Assembly: GCA_934636655.1 (NCBI GenBank) | Contig: CAKUAS010000011.1 | Coordinates: 8,105-72,104, forward strand | Length of the DNA stretch: 64,000 nucleotides | Origin: an uncultured Oscillospiraceae bacterium | GTDB lineage: Bacteria > Bacillota > Clostridia > Oscillospirales > Oscillospiraceae | Reading direction: 5' to 3' | Part shown: positions 28,072 to 36,430 of the stretch, piece after piece | Position numbering within the stretch: position 1 is the stretch's first letter | Layout of the letters: every line of letters begins with the position of its first letter | Made by a program: the position numbers and the translations under genes | The notes under the pieces: model-generated | Told to the model about the DNA's origin: nothing | Databases searched by the model: none | The model's input: the letters and a program-made list of their open reading frames with translations, nothing else

Positions 28072-29129
28072 AAATTTTGATTGCAATGAGCGGCGGCGTT
28101 GATTCCAGCGTCGCCGCAAAGCTTTTGTGCGACATGGGTAACGAGTGTATAGGCTGCACGATGAAGCTTTTTGATAACTGCGACGCGGGGCTTTCGCGCA
28201 GCAAAACCTGCTGCAGCCTCGACGATGTTGAGGACGCGCGCAGCGTGGCATTCTCGCTCGGCATGCGCTATTATGTGTTCAATTTCAAGGACGATTTCCG
28301 CGAGAAGGTAATAAAAAAGTTTGCCTCCGCCTATTTTGCGGGGCAAACACCAAATCCGTGCATCGACTGCAATCGGTATATGAAATTCGATAAGCTGTAC
28401 GAGCGCGCAAGACTCCTCGGCTGCGACAAAATCGCGACGGGGCACTACGCCCGCATAGAGTTTGACGGCAAAAACTATATTCTCAAAAAGGCGCTGGACA
28501 AATCGAAGGATCAGAGCTATGTGCTTTACATGCTCACGCAGGAGCAGCTCGCGCACACCGTGTTCCCTCTCGGCGAGTTTTCCAAGAGTAAAACCCGTGC
28601 CATTGCAGAAGCATCGGGACTTGGTAATGCACACAAGCCGGATAGTCAGGATATATGCTTCGTGCCGGACGGAGACTACGCTACCGCTATCGAGCGCCTT
28701 ACCGGTAAGACGGCCGCACCGGGCAATTTCATCGATGCGGATGGCAACATTATCGGCATACATCGCGGCATCACGCACTACACGGTCGGTCAGCACCGCG
28801 GTTTAGGGCTTTCACTCCCCGAGCGGCGCTATGTCTGCAAAATCGACGCGAAGAGCGGAACCGTTACCCTCGGAGGGAATGACGAGTTATATTCGCGCGA
28901 AGTTCGCGTCAGCGATTTTAATTGGATAAGCGGTCAGGTTCCGACAGGATCGATACGCTGCACAGCAAAGATCCGCTACCGGCAACCGGAGCAGCCTGCC
29001 ACGGTTACGCCTGTAGGCGAAGATGAAGTTGTAATACTTTTTAACGAGCCGCAGCGCGCCGTCACGCCCGGCCAGTCGGCCGTATTGTATGACGGTGATA
29101 TTGTACTCGGCGGCGGTCAGATAACGTAA
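28068..29129 (+). CDS. mnmA: tRNA 2-thiouridine(34) synthase MnmA
   Basis: The N-terminus MKILIAMSGGVDSSV is a PP-loop, and the catalytic-Cys context CIDCN is present. The start at 28068 is coupled to the HD gene. Confidence 0.95.
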   Translation: MKILIAMSGGVDSSVAAKLLCDMGNECIGCTMKLFDNCDAGLSRSKTCCSLDDVEDARSVAFSLGMRYYVFNFKDDFREKVIKKFASAYFAGQTPNPCIDCNRYMKFDKLYERARLLGCDKIATGHYARIEFDGKNYILKKALDKSKDQSYVLYMLTQEQLAHTVFPLGEFSKSKTRAIAEASGLGNAHKPDSQDICFVPDGDYATAIERLTGKTAAPGNFIDADGNIIGIHRGITHYTVGQHRGLGLSLPERRYVCKIDAKSGTVTLGGNDELYSREVRVSDFNWISGQVPTGSIRCTAKIRYRQPEQPATVTPVGEDEVVILFNEPQRAVTPGQSAVLYDGDIVLGGGQIT

Positions 29130-29542
29130 TCGCCGCCGTGCGGCGCGTTCATGAGGTCGGCAAGCGTTATTCCCGAAAAATAATCGCGAGTGAGATCGTA
29201 ATAGCCCTCCCACACAGACAGCGTTCGGCACTCGGCCGCGCGATGGCAGGGCGGCGCGTTATCCTGAAGACATGACACCGGCGCGAGGTCGCCCTCGGCG
29301 AGCTTGAGAATTTCCCAAAGCGTGTACTGCTCTGGAGATCGTGTAAGCCTGTAGCCGCCTCCAATACCGTGGACACTGGCAATAAGACCTGCGGACTTAA
29401 GCGATGGCATGATCTTTTCAATATATTTGAGCGATATCTCCTGCCGGGCGGCGACCTCCTTCATGGGGATGTAGCTGCCGTTGTTGTGCTCGGCAAGATC
29501 GAGCAGTATGCGTATTGCATAACGTCCTTTTGTTGATATCAT
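29117..29542 (-). CDS. Rrf2-family transcriptional regulator (IscR/CymR-like, three-Cys cluster motif)
   Basis: MISTKGRYAIRILLDL is the Rrf2 wHTH N-terminus. A C-x7-C-x5-C motif (CLQDNAPPCHRAAEC) is present. The ATG at 29542 lies 6 nt after GAGGTG. The 3' end overlaps mnmA by 13 nt in convergent orientation. Confidence 0.85.
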   Translation of the reverse strand: MISTKGRYAIRILLDLAEHNNGSYIPMKEVAARQEISLKYIEKIMPSLKSAGLIASVHGIGGGYRLTRSPEQYTLWEILKLAEGDLAPVSCLQDNAPPCHRAAECRTLSVWEGYYDLTRDYFSGITLADLMNAPHGGDYVI

Positions 29543-29608
29543 GTGATTCACCTCTTAGATATATTATACAACCAATCCCGTAGGTAAATCAACATTTATT
29601 TTATGTGC

Positions 29609-29638
29609 AAAAAAGGCAGCCGAACGGCTGCCTTTTAT
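29609..29638. terminator. bidirectional terminator ending the radical-enzyme operon
   Basis: Stem ggcagccg / cggctgcc with a 2-nt loop, flanked by AAAAA and TTTT. Confidence 0.7.
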
Positions 29639-29741
29639 ATTTGCTTTTGACTTTGTAGTGCAATGCACTCCCAAGCCGGTACTGTGTTACCGGTCGGGCA
29701 CCGCAATAAAGACTTTTTGAAGCCTCAATTCGCCTCTAAAA

Positions 29742-30536
29742 TTACTTCTTTGCAAGACCCTTCTGGCGAGCATACTCTGCTGCGCCGAGTGCGCCCATGA
29801 GCTGCGGGTCGGTCTTCAGGTTGACAACCTTCAGCTTCAGAACGTGCTCTATTGCTTCCTTCAGACCGTCGTTCTTTGCGCAGCCACCGGTAAGGGTGAT
29901 GCTGTCGGTAGCGCCGGCCTTCTTGGCCATAACGAAGCAGCGCTTTGCAACTGCCATCTCAACGCCTGCTGCGATCTCGTCCATGGGCTTGCCTTCGCCG
30001 ACCAGGGTGATGACCTCGGACTCTGCGAAAACGGTGCACTGTGCGGTGATGGGGATGACGTTCTTTGCGGTCAGAGCCAGCTTCGAGAACTCGGGAAGGC
30101 TCATCTCGAAAGAGCGTGCCATTGCCTCGAAGAAGCGGCCGGTACCTGCTGCGCACTTATCGTTCATTGCGAAGTTCTTTACGGTGCCGTCGGTGTCAAC
30201 GGAGATGCCCTTGACGTCCTGGCCGCCGATGTCGATGATTGCCTTGACGGAAGGATCGGTGACGTGTACGCCCATTGCGTGGCAGCTTATCTCGGAGATG
30301 TTCTCATCTGCGAAGGGGACCTTGTTACGGCCGTAGCCGGTACCGATGAGGTACTCGAGATCCTTCGAGCTCTTCAGGCCTGCCTTCTCGCAGACTTCTG
30401 CCATTGCCGCTACTGCGGATGCCTCGGAATTGATCTTGCTGCGGATGGTGGTGTCTGCTACCATCTTGCCGTTCTCATCGAGTATTACTGCCTTTGTGTA
30501 GGTCGAGCCTACGTCACAACCGCCAAAATATTTCAT
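29742..30536 (-). CDS. acyl-CoA dehydratase activase (BcrA/BcrD/HgdC-type ATPase)
   Basis: MKYFGGCDVGSTYTKAV is an ASKHA phosphate-1 motif. The cluster-bridging Cys contexts EISCHAMG and NDKCAAGTGRFFE match HgdC/HadI. GGAGG lies 8 nt before the ATG at 30536. Confidence 0.9.
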   Translation of the reverse strand: MKYFGGCDVGSTYTKAVILDENGKMVADTTIRSKINSEASAVAAMAEVCEKAGLKSSKDLEYLIGTGYGRNKVPFADENISEISCHAMGVHVTDPSVKAIIDIGGQDVKGISVDTDGTVKNFAMNDKCAAGTGRFFEAMARSFEMSLPEFSKLALTAKNVIPITAQCTVFAESEVITLVGEGKPMDEIAAGVEMAVAKRCFVMAKKAGATDSITLTGGCAKNDGLKEAIEHVLKLKVVNLKTDPQLMGALGAAEYARQKGLAKK

Positions 30537-30585
30537 TAGTGTTGCCTCCAATAAATATTTATTTAACTATTAAAATTCGTTGTTA

Positions 30586-30615
30586 TGCCAACTCTCCGTT
30601 GCCGGAGAGTTGGCA
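30586..30615 (-). other. 13-bp intercistronic hairpin upstream of the activase gene
   Basis: tgccaactctccg (30586-30598), loop ttgc, cggagagttggca (30603-30615). On the mRNA strand it is followed by AT-rich sequence without a clean U-tract. Confidence 0.6.
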
Positions 30616-30646
30616 GTTGGTTTAAATTGTGTTTCTGATATCGGGA

Positions 30647-30859
30647 TCAGACTTCGTCGTACTTGTAGTCGGGGAACTTATCCATGTCGTACGGCGTCTT
30701 GAGCATATCCTTGCGCTCCATATTGTCATAGTGGTTCTTAACAAACGGCTCAAAGACGTTGAACAGGAACTTGCCGTCGAGGTCAAAGAAAAATACGGCG
30801 AACAGTGCTGCATAGGCAACTGCGCCTACGCCAAGTGCTCTTTTAACAAACTTTTTCAT
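30647..30859 (-). CDS. 70-aa single-TM microprotein embedded in the radical-enzyme operon
   Basis: A strong GGGAGGAG RBS lies 8 nt upstream of the ATG and starts right after the stop of the 535-aa gene. The sequence MKKFVKRALGVGAVAYAALFAVFFFDL is a TM helix, followed by a charged, aromatic-rich tail (KNHYDNMERKDMLKTPYDMDKFPDYKYDEV). Confidence 0.65.
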   Translation of the reverse strand: MKKFVKRALGVGAVAYAALFAVFFFDLDGKFLFNVFEPFVKNHYDNMERKDMLKTPYDMDKFPDYKYDEV

Positions 30860-30877
30860 ATTCTCTGCTCCTCCCTA

Positions 30878-32485
30878 TTACCAGGTCATGTCGTCGTCGA
30901 GCTCGAGGAGAGAAGGATCCAGAGGCTCTTCGTGCATAACGGTGGTCATGTAGTCGTTTATGAGACGACGGATCTCGGCACGGGAAACAGTGCGGCTGTC
31001 GGGCAGTGCGTGAGGGATCCAGAATGCGGGGATATTTCTGTCACGGAACTCATCCTCGAACAGACCGTGTACGCCCTGCATGCCCTTGCACTGGAGCTGA
31101 TCGTACATCGCGACCATGTCGCAGTTGAAGCGCTCCATGTAGTCCCACAGCTCAAAGATGTGGTGCATGCCGCCGACTGCCATACGGCGCATCGGAGCCC
31201 ACATGTGGTACTGTGCGACGTCCTCGAGCATGTTCTCGTAGCTGTCGGTGCGGATGGTCATATCGAACATGAGAGAGTCCATGTTGATGATGACATTCAG
31301 ACCCCAGGTGTTGTAAGCCCAGGTGCACCAGTTGGAGTAGTACAGAGGTGCGCAGGACCATGCGATAACTCTGTGGCGGGTGTTGGGGAAGGTGTTGATC
31401 TTATTGCGTACGCACTTCTCCATAATGGGACGTACCTTGCCGTCGACCTCGTGCCAGATGGGCAGATCGCCGAACTGGGACTGATAGATGCGGTACAGTG
31501 CCTGTGCAACGCCGTTGATGGGGTAGGAATTGGTCTTTGCCGCGACCTCCCACTTCTCCCACTCGAACTTCTGCAGCTCATTCTGGCGCTCGATGCACTC
31601 GCACATAACGTCAAAATTCATGGGAACGCCGGTCTGATCCTCGATGAACTTCCAGCACTTCTCAATATCCTTCTGAACGAACTTGTTTGCGAGGGGATCG
31701 TCAAAGATCATGGGCATCTGCAGCGCGTACAGAGGCTTGTCGTTGAACCAGTCCTGAAGAATAGCGGTACCGACGGAGCCGTCGCAGGCCTCGTTGCAGG
31801 TTATCATGAACGGGCTGTAGTCAGGAATATCGTCAAGGACGTAGAGGCCGGCCTCGGCCTGGCACATCGGGCAGGGGTCGCCAGGCAGGCCGATGGACTG
31901 AACTGCATCGATGTAGTTATGAACGGTGTGAGAGTTAACGTGGCAGGTGACGAAGTAGGGGATCATCTCCAGAGAGACTGCCTTGAATTTGTCGCTCCAG
32001 CCGTAGAACATACCGCCCCATACGGTCTCCTTCATTGCCATGGTGTGGTACCATGCGTCGTTCTTCTTGCCGCCGTGCAGCTTGGTATCTGCATTGAACA
32101 TGGTCATGAACTGATAGATGGTCGCGTTGACCATTGCGCGATAGTGCCATGCGGAGGCGCGCAAAGCCTCGCCGCGCATGCCCTCGAGGCCGCGGTCGAA
32201 CCAGTGCAGAACGGGCAGATAGGTCTGGCCTACCCAGCGGTAGCGCCAAATGCCCTTTGCAAAGTTGATGAGGCCGCCGTACTTCATTACGTCCATTACC
32301 ATGTGCAGGTAGTTATACATCCAAATGTTATGGAAGTAATAGAAGGTGTCCTTTACGCCGCGCCATTCTCTGTGCTTGTAAAGGCCGGTCTTGGGCAGGT
32401 AGTTATCGCCGAGGCGACGGCCGCCTTCTTCTGCGGTATGGGGCTTGCCATACCAAAAATCTTTTAATGCTTTCTTAAAATCCAT
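30878..32485 (-). CDS. 2-hydroxyacyl-CoA dehydratase / benzoyl-CoA reductase superfamily subunit, atypical long form (535 aa)
   Basis: The core region carries Cys motifs CPMCQAEAG, CNEACDGS and WSCAPLYY, as in HgdA/HadB-like subunits. It also has about 170 extra N-terminal residues rich in W/Y/H/M. AGGAGGG RBS. The ATG lies 2 nt after the stop of the upstream subunit gene. Confidence 0.8.
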   Translation of the reverse strand: MDFKKALKDFWYGKPHTAEEGGRRLGDNYLPKTGLYKHREWRGVKDTFYYFHNIWMYNYLHMVMDVMKYGGLINFAKGIWRYRWVGQTYLPVLHWFDRGLEGMRGEALRASAWHYRAMVNATIYQFMTMFNADTKLHGGKKNDAWYHTMAMKETVWGGMFYGWSDKFKAVSLEMIPYFVTCHVNSHTVHNYIDAVQSIGLPGDPCPMCQAEAGLYVLDDIPDYSPFMITCNEACDGSVGTAILQDWFNDKPLYALQMPMIFDDPLANKFVQKDIEKCWKFIEDQTGVPMNFDVMCECIERQNELQKFEWEKWEVAAKTNSYPINGVAQALYRIYQSQFGDLPIWHEVDGKVRPIMEKCVRNKINTFPNTRHRVIAWSCAPLYYSNWCTWAYNTWGLNVIINMDSLMFDMTIRTDSYENMLEDVAQYHMWAPMRRMAVGGMHHIFELWDYMERFNCDMVAMYDQLQCKGMQGVHGLFEDEFRDRNIPAFWIPHALPDSRTVSRAEIRRLINDYMTTVMHEEPLDPSLLELDDDMTW

Positions 32486-32487
32486 AA

Positions 32488-33699
32488 TTACTTGCCCTCC
32501 TGAATCTTCTTGATCTCGACAGATTCAACGAATGCCTGGAAGCGGGTACGGAGCTGACCGGATGCGGTGTTTATGTACTCCTTCTCGATCGAGCATACGG
32601 GGATACCGAAGTCGCGCTTCATAACGATGGTGTCGATGACGCGCTCATAGCTCCAGTATTCGCAGAACTTATTGGAGCAAACGATAAGGCCGTCTGCGTT
32701 GTATTCCTTGACGAGGTCTGCCAGGCGCTGCTTTCTTGCACGCATCTCGTCCTGAGGCATGAAGCGCGGGCAGTTGGAGGTCTTAAGATAATGCTTTGCG
32801 ATAGCGTAGAGGGGGTCCTCGCCCTTTTCAACGACTATCGGCTGGCGGGTCTCGACTGCGCCGTAGCAGTAACGGTCGCAAACGACCTCTGCGCCGCAGC
32901 TCTCAACGAGCTTGGTGAAGTCGGGATCGTCGTTCTCGCTTCCCGCGAGCACGACCTTGCAGCGGAACGGCCACTTCTCGTCGGGCTTACGGGTCTTCAT
33001 TTCCTTCGCGGTCTCGCGCAGGTAGGGAAGGATGAGGTACTTCGGGCATACCAGCGATACGAGCTGGATGACATGGAACTCATAGCCGGTGATGGTGGGA
33101 TTATCGAGCTTGCGGTAATCGCCTATCTCGTTTATGAGCTTGCAGACCTCATTGTGCTGCTTGATGGCTTCCTTGAGCGCCTTGTCGGAAACATCGATTC
33201 CGAGATTGTCATGCAGCGTGGTCAGGACATGGGACCTGAGCTGATCGCGGAAGTACTCATAGTCGTTCTCGGTGTTTTTGAAGGGAACGTCGGTGAACTC
33301 GCAGAAGAAACGGTCGTTCTGGATGACATTCATGTCCTTGACGGAGTCAAGATGCTTGGGCTTGATGTGCTCCTGGAAGCGGCAGGTGACGGTGCATGTC
33401 TCGGTCGCCATCTGTGCGTCGAGGAAGTTGAAGCCGCCTTCGAGCGCGCGCTCGAAAAGGCTGCGGCCGTAGTGACATACGCGAGCGGACATGTAGTAGG
33501 TCGCAATGTCGGGTGAGCTGCAACGCGGTGCTCTCAGACGAACAGAGAAGCAGCCGGGCAGGTCGAGAAGTACTTCAGGCATGAAGTAGCAGGTATAGCC
33601 GATGGCGAATTTGCCCTCTGCCTTTGCCTGCTGAACCAGCTCGTTGTTGGCTTCCTGAAGCAGGTTCTCAAAGTAAATCAGGTGCTTAAGGTCTCTCAC
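32488..33699 (-). CDS. 2-hydroxyacyl-CoA dehydratase family subunit (403 aa)
   Basis: The N-terminal pattern AKAEGKFAIGYTCYFMPEVLL is typical of HgdB/HadC/BcrC-type subunits. Further Cys motifs TETCTVTC and CSNKFCEYW. GTG start with a G-rich RBS. Confidence 0.8.
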   Translation of the reverse strand: MRDLKHLIYFENLLQEANNELVQQAKAEGKFAIGYTCYFMPEVLLDLPGCFSVRLRAPRCSSPDIATYYMSARVCHYGRSLFERALEGGFNFLDAQMATETCTVTCRFQEHIKPKHLDSVKDMNVIQNDRFFCEFTDVPFKNTENDYEYFRDQLRSHVLTTLHDNLGIDVSDKALKEAIKQHNEVCKLINEIGDYRKLDNPTITGYEFHVIQLVSLVCPKYLILPYLRETAKEMKTRKPDEKWPFRCKVVLAGSENDDPDFTKLVESCGAEVVCDRYCYGAVETRQPIVVEKGEDPLYAIAKHYLKTSNCPRFMPQDEMRARKQRLADLVKEYNADGLIVCSNKFCEYWSYERVIDTIVMKRDFGIPVCSIEKEYINTASGQLRTRFQAFVESVEIKKIQEGK

Positions 33700-33768
33700 G
33701 GATAACCCCCCATAAAAAATATTTTGCTGAGCTCACAAGGGCATACTTTGCCCTTTATGTACTCATCT

Positions 33769-33797
33769 ATTTTAACAAACTGTCATATTATTGTCAA
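33769..33797 (-). promoter_or_regulatory. sigma-A type promoter of the radical-enzyme operon
   Basis: On the reverse strand: TTGACA (RC of 33792-33797), 17 nt, TAAAAT (RC of 33769-33774). Confidence 0.6.
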
Positions 33798-33872
33798 TTA
33801 CATTTTGTCGGATAAATCAGCATTTTGTGCAAATTTCGCCCCATTTTTGTTAGACATTTATATATAACGTGT

Positions 33873-35039
33873 CTAAATCGTGAAGTTATTCAAAAAATTT
33901 TGAATAGTTAATGAACACGCTGTGCAGCTACCCTGTATCATCTCCGGGCTTCCGCCGCCACGGCCCGAGATCCCCTCATTTATGCTTTTTGCCGCCTTTC
34001 GGAGATCAACACTGCGGCTTCCGATGATATAGCGATAGCCGCTCTCATCGCTTCCGGAGAACACCGCGGCGATACCGGAACACTTTTTCACGCACTCGTT
34101 CACGAGCGCGCGGAGCGACGGCTCGTCCAAAACGCTGTCGAAAAGGCAGATGTTTCCCTCTGTAGGCTCGACGGCATCGGCTTTCATCCTTGCAAAAGCT
34201 CCGCAGAGCTCTGCCGAGCGAGCCTTGAGCTTTTCGTTTTCCGCCATAAGTCTGCGTACTGCAGCGGCAGTCTCGTTCCGCTTTGCCGACAGGAGCATGG
34301 ATATCTCCGTATTGTTGGCACTGAGTACGACCTCATTGTCGTAAGCATCAAGACCGCAGAGCATAGTTATGCGCACACCCTCTCCCCCTCTGCGGCGGCG
34401 CTCGGACGTGAGTATGCGCACTGTTCCGACCTCCGCGGTAGAGCTTACGTGCGGCGCGCAGCATGCGCAGATATCGGTGTTTTCGATCTCTACGATGCGC
34501 ACATTTTCAGTGAGATCGAGCTTACTGCGGTACTCGAGCGTTTTTAACACATCCTCGGGCGGAAATGTCGCTGTGACCTTGTAGTTTGCAGCAACGGCAT
34601 AGTTTGCCTCGCGTTCGATCTCCAAAAGCTGCTCCCAACTTAGCTCTCCGTCGAAATCTATAGTTACAACGTCGCTGCCCATATGGAAACCAACATTGTT
34701 GTACCCATATTTCTTATGCACGAGCCCCGACACAATATGCTCGCCGGAGTGATTTTGCATTCTTCTGAAGCGCGTTTCCCAATCGATCGCGCAATCGTAA
34801 GTGCATCCTATCTCAAGCTGTTGGTTTACATAATGTAAAACCTCGTTGTTTTTTTCGTGCGTATCAAAAACATGCACATCACCTATCACTCCGCTGTCAC
34901 CGAGTTGGCCGCCGCCCTCGGGAAAAAACGCTGTGCGGTCAAGGGTCACGAGGTATCGCTCTCCGTCCTTTTCGCAGGAGGTGACGGTCGCCGCGAAGGT
35001 CTTCATGTGGCTGTCGATATAATAAAGCTTTTCAGTCAT
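33873..35039 (-). CDS. alaX: alanyl-tRNA editing protein AlaX-L (AlaRS editing domain plus DHHA1-like domain)
   Basis: Zinc and editing motifs HSGEHIVSG and CCAPHV. The N-terminus resembles the AlaRS second-additional domain. The ATG at 35039 lies 8 nt after GGAG. Confidence 0.8.
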   Translation of the reverse strand: MTEKLYYIDSHMKTFAATVTSCEKDGERYLVTLDRTAFFPEGGGQLGDSGVIGDVHVFDTHEKNNEVLHYVNQQLEIGCTYDCAIDWETRFRRMQNHSGEHIVSGLVHKKYGYNNVGFHMGSDVVTIDFDGELSWEQLLEIEREANYAVAANYKVTATFPPEDVLKTLEYRSKLDLTENVRIVEIENTDICACCAPHVSSTAEVGTVRILTSERRRRGGEGVRITMLCGLDAYDNEVVLSANNTEISMLLSAKRNETAAAVRRLMAENEKLKARSAELCGAFARMKADAVEPTEGNICLFDSVLDEPSLRALVNECVKKCSGIAAVFSGSDESGYRYIIGSRSVDLRKAAKSINEGISGRGGGSPEMIQGSCTACSLTIQNFLNNFTI

Positions 35040-35092
35040 TACGCTCACTCCGTTTTATTTTTTTATGATAATAACATTTTATTGGGCATTAT

Positions 35093-36310
35093 TCAATCAG
35101 GCAATGAGCAAAATGCAAGATTCGCCGCAGTGGGGTCACCCAAGAGGCAGGCGCGCTGGATGCTGCCGGCACCGTACTTTGCGCGAATGCTGTCCATGGC
35201 GGCATCTATGCTGCGCTGTTTATTTAAGTTAACATAATCTATAAATATGTCTATCTGCTCCACATCATCTGCATGCACGAGTTCAAGGCCGCGCAGCCCC
35301 ATACTATGCAGAGGTGAGGAAAAATCGTGGCTCTGACGCACAAGTTCCAGACCGTAGGCCGCGAGCTCCGTGGTCACATCGGTAGCATAACGCAGGCGCA
35401 TTCTGTGCGTTCTCCATTGAAGCTGCTCGGACCTGAGTGCGACCTCGACCGTTCGGCAGCGAAGCTTCTGCCTGCGCAGACGCGATGAAACGCTCTCGGC
35501 CAGCATCAGAAGCGTCTCACGCGCCTGGCGCTCGGTCGAAACGTCGCGTGCAAGAGTTACGCTGTTGCCGATAGACTGCGGCGGCTCTTCCTCTCCCGCC
35601 CCGCGCACGCGCGAATCGTCCAGTCCGTTTGCATATCGCCAAAGCGCAATACCGCCCTTGCCGAAACGAGCGCGCAAAAGCTCGGGATCTGTGCGCGCTA
35701 TTTCGCCGATGGTCTGAATCCCCATACGTGCAAGCTCGCGCCGCGTGCTGCGGCCGACCATCAGCATGTCTGAGGCCGGAAGCCCCCAGATCATGTTCTT
35801 AAAATGCTCCCTGTCGATAACAGTAACGGCATCCGGTTTTTTATAATCCGAGCCGAGCTTGGCGAGCACCTTGTTCCATGATACGCCCACACTGACCGTG
35901 AGCCCCGTCTCGTTCTTCACCCTTCGGCGGATCTCGTCGGCGGTTTTTCTCGGGTCGGGACAGGCAAGGCAATTTGTAATATCCAGCCAGCTTTCGTCGA
36001 TACCGAACGGCTCGCAAAGATCGGTATACTCGGCGTAGATCTCGCGCACCATTGCGGAATACTTGGCATAGCGCTCGAAGTGCGGTTCTACGAGCTGCAG
36101 CTCCGGGCAAAGCTGCCGTGCCTGCCATATCGCCATGCCTGTTTTTACCCCGGCCCTCTTCGCCGTCTCGTCTTTTGCCAACACTATCCCGTGCCGCGCT
36201 TCCTGAGAGCCGCACACCGCAAATGGCTTGCCTTCAAGCTCCGGCCTGTATAAGCGCTCTACGCTTGCATAGCACGAATTTATGTCCGAATGAAGTATCA
36301 CTCTGTCCAT
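35093..36310 (-). CDS. dinB: DNA polymerase IV (Y-family)
   Basis: MDRVILHSDINSCYASVE and GIDESWLDIT are the catalytic motifs. The ATG at 36310 lies 8 nt after GGAGA. Confidence 0.9.
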   Translation of the reverse strand: MDRVILHSDINSCYASVERLYRPELEGKPFAVCGSQEARHGIVLAKDETAKRAGVKTGMAIWQARQLCPELQLVEPHFERYAKYSAMVREIYAEYTDLCEPFGIDESWLDITNCLACPDPRKTADEIRRRVKNETGLTVSVGVSWNKVLAKLGSDYKKPDAVTVIDREHFKNMIWGLPASDMLMVGRSTRRELARMGIQTIGEIARTDPELLRARFGKGGIALWRYANGLDDSRVRGAGEEEPPQSIGNSVTLARDVSTERQARETLLMLAESVSSRLRRQKLRCRTVEVALRSEQLQWRTHRMRLRYATDVTTELAAYGLELVRQSHDFSSPLHSMGLRGLELVHADDVEQIDIFIDYVNLNKQRSIDAAMDSIRAKYGAGSIQRACLLGDPTAANLAFCSLPD

Positions 36311-36316
36311 ATATCG

Positions 36317-36364
36317 CATCTCCGTTTAAGATAGTGCTTGCATTATACATCGCCGTTTCAGATA
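36317..36364. repeat. 17-nt direct repeat in the dinB / repressor divergent promoter region
   Basis: catctccgtttaagata at 36317-36333 and catcgccgtttcagata at 36348-36364, 15/17 identical, with starts 31 nt apart. The first copy overlaps the dinB RBS. Confidence 0.6.
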
Positions 36365-36401
36365 TGTAAACAGGTATTTTTATCTTTTTTGGATATTTCA
36401 C

Positions 36402-36430
36402 TTGATTTTTATATCGTCATGCTATATAAT
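36402..36430 (+). promoter_or_regulatory. sigma-A type promoter of the XRE-S24 repressor gene
   Basis: TTGATT at 36402-36407, 17 nt, TATAAT at 36425-36430. Confidence 0.6.

Noticed and set aside
30629-32467. A 612-aa plus-strand ORF covering the dehydratase genes. Similar long antisense ORFs occur at 1489-2376, 6768-7949, 12830-13699, 14153-15088, 27891-28796, 55132-56148 and 59931-61130.
   Set aside because: Each lies exactly antisense to a gene with clear family motifs. They have low-complexity V/L/A/G/H/R-rich translations and no RBS. They are the expected by-product of GC-rich third codon positions suppressing stop codons on the opposite strand.
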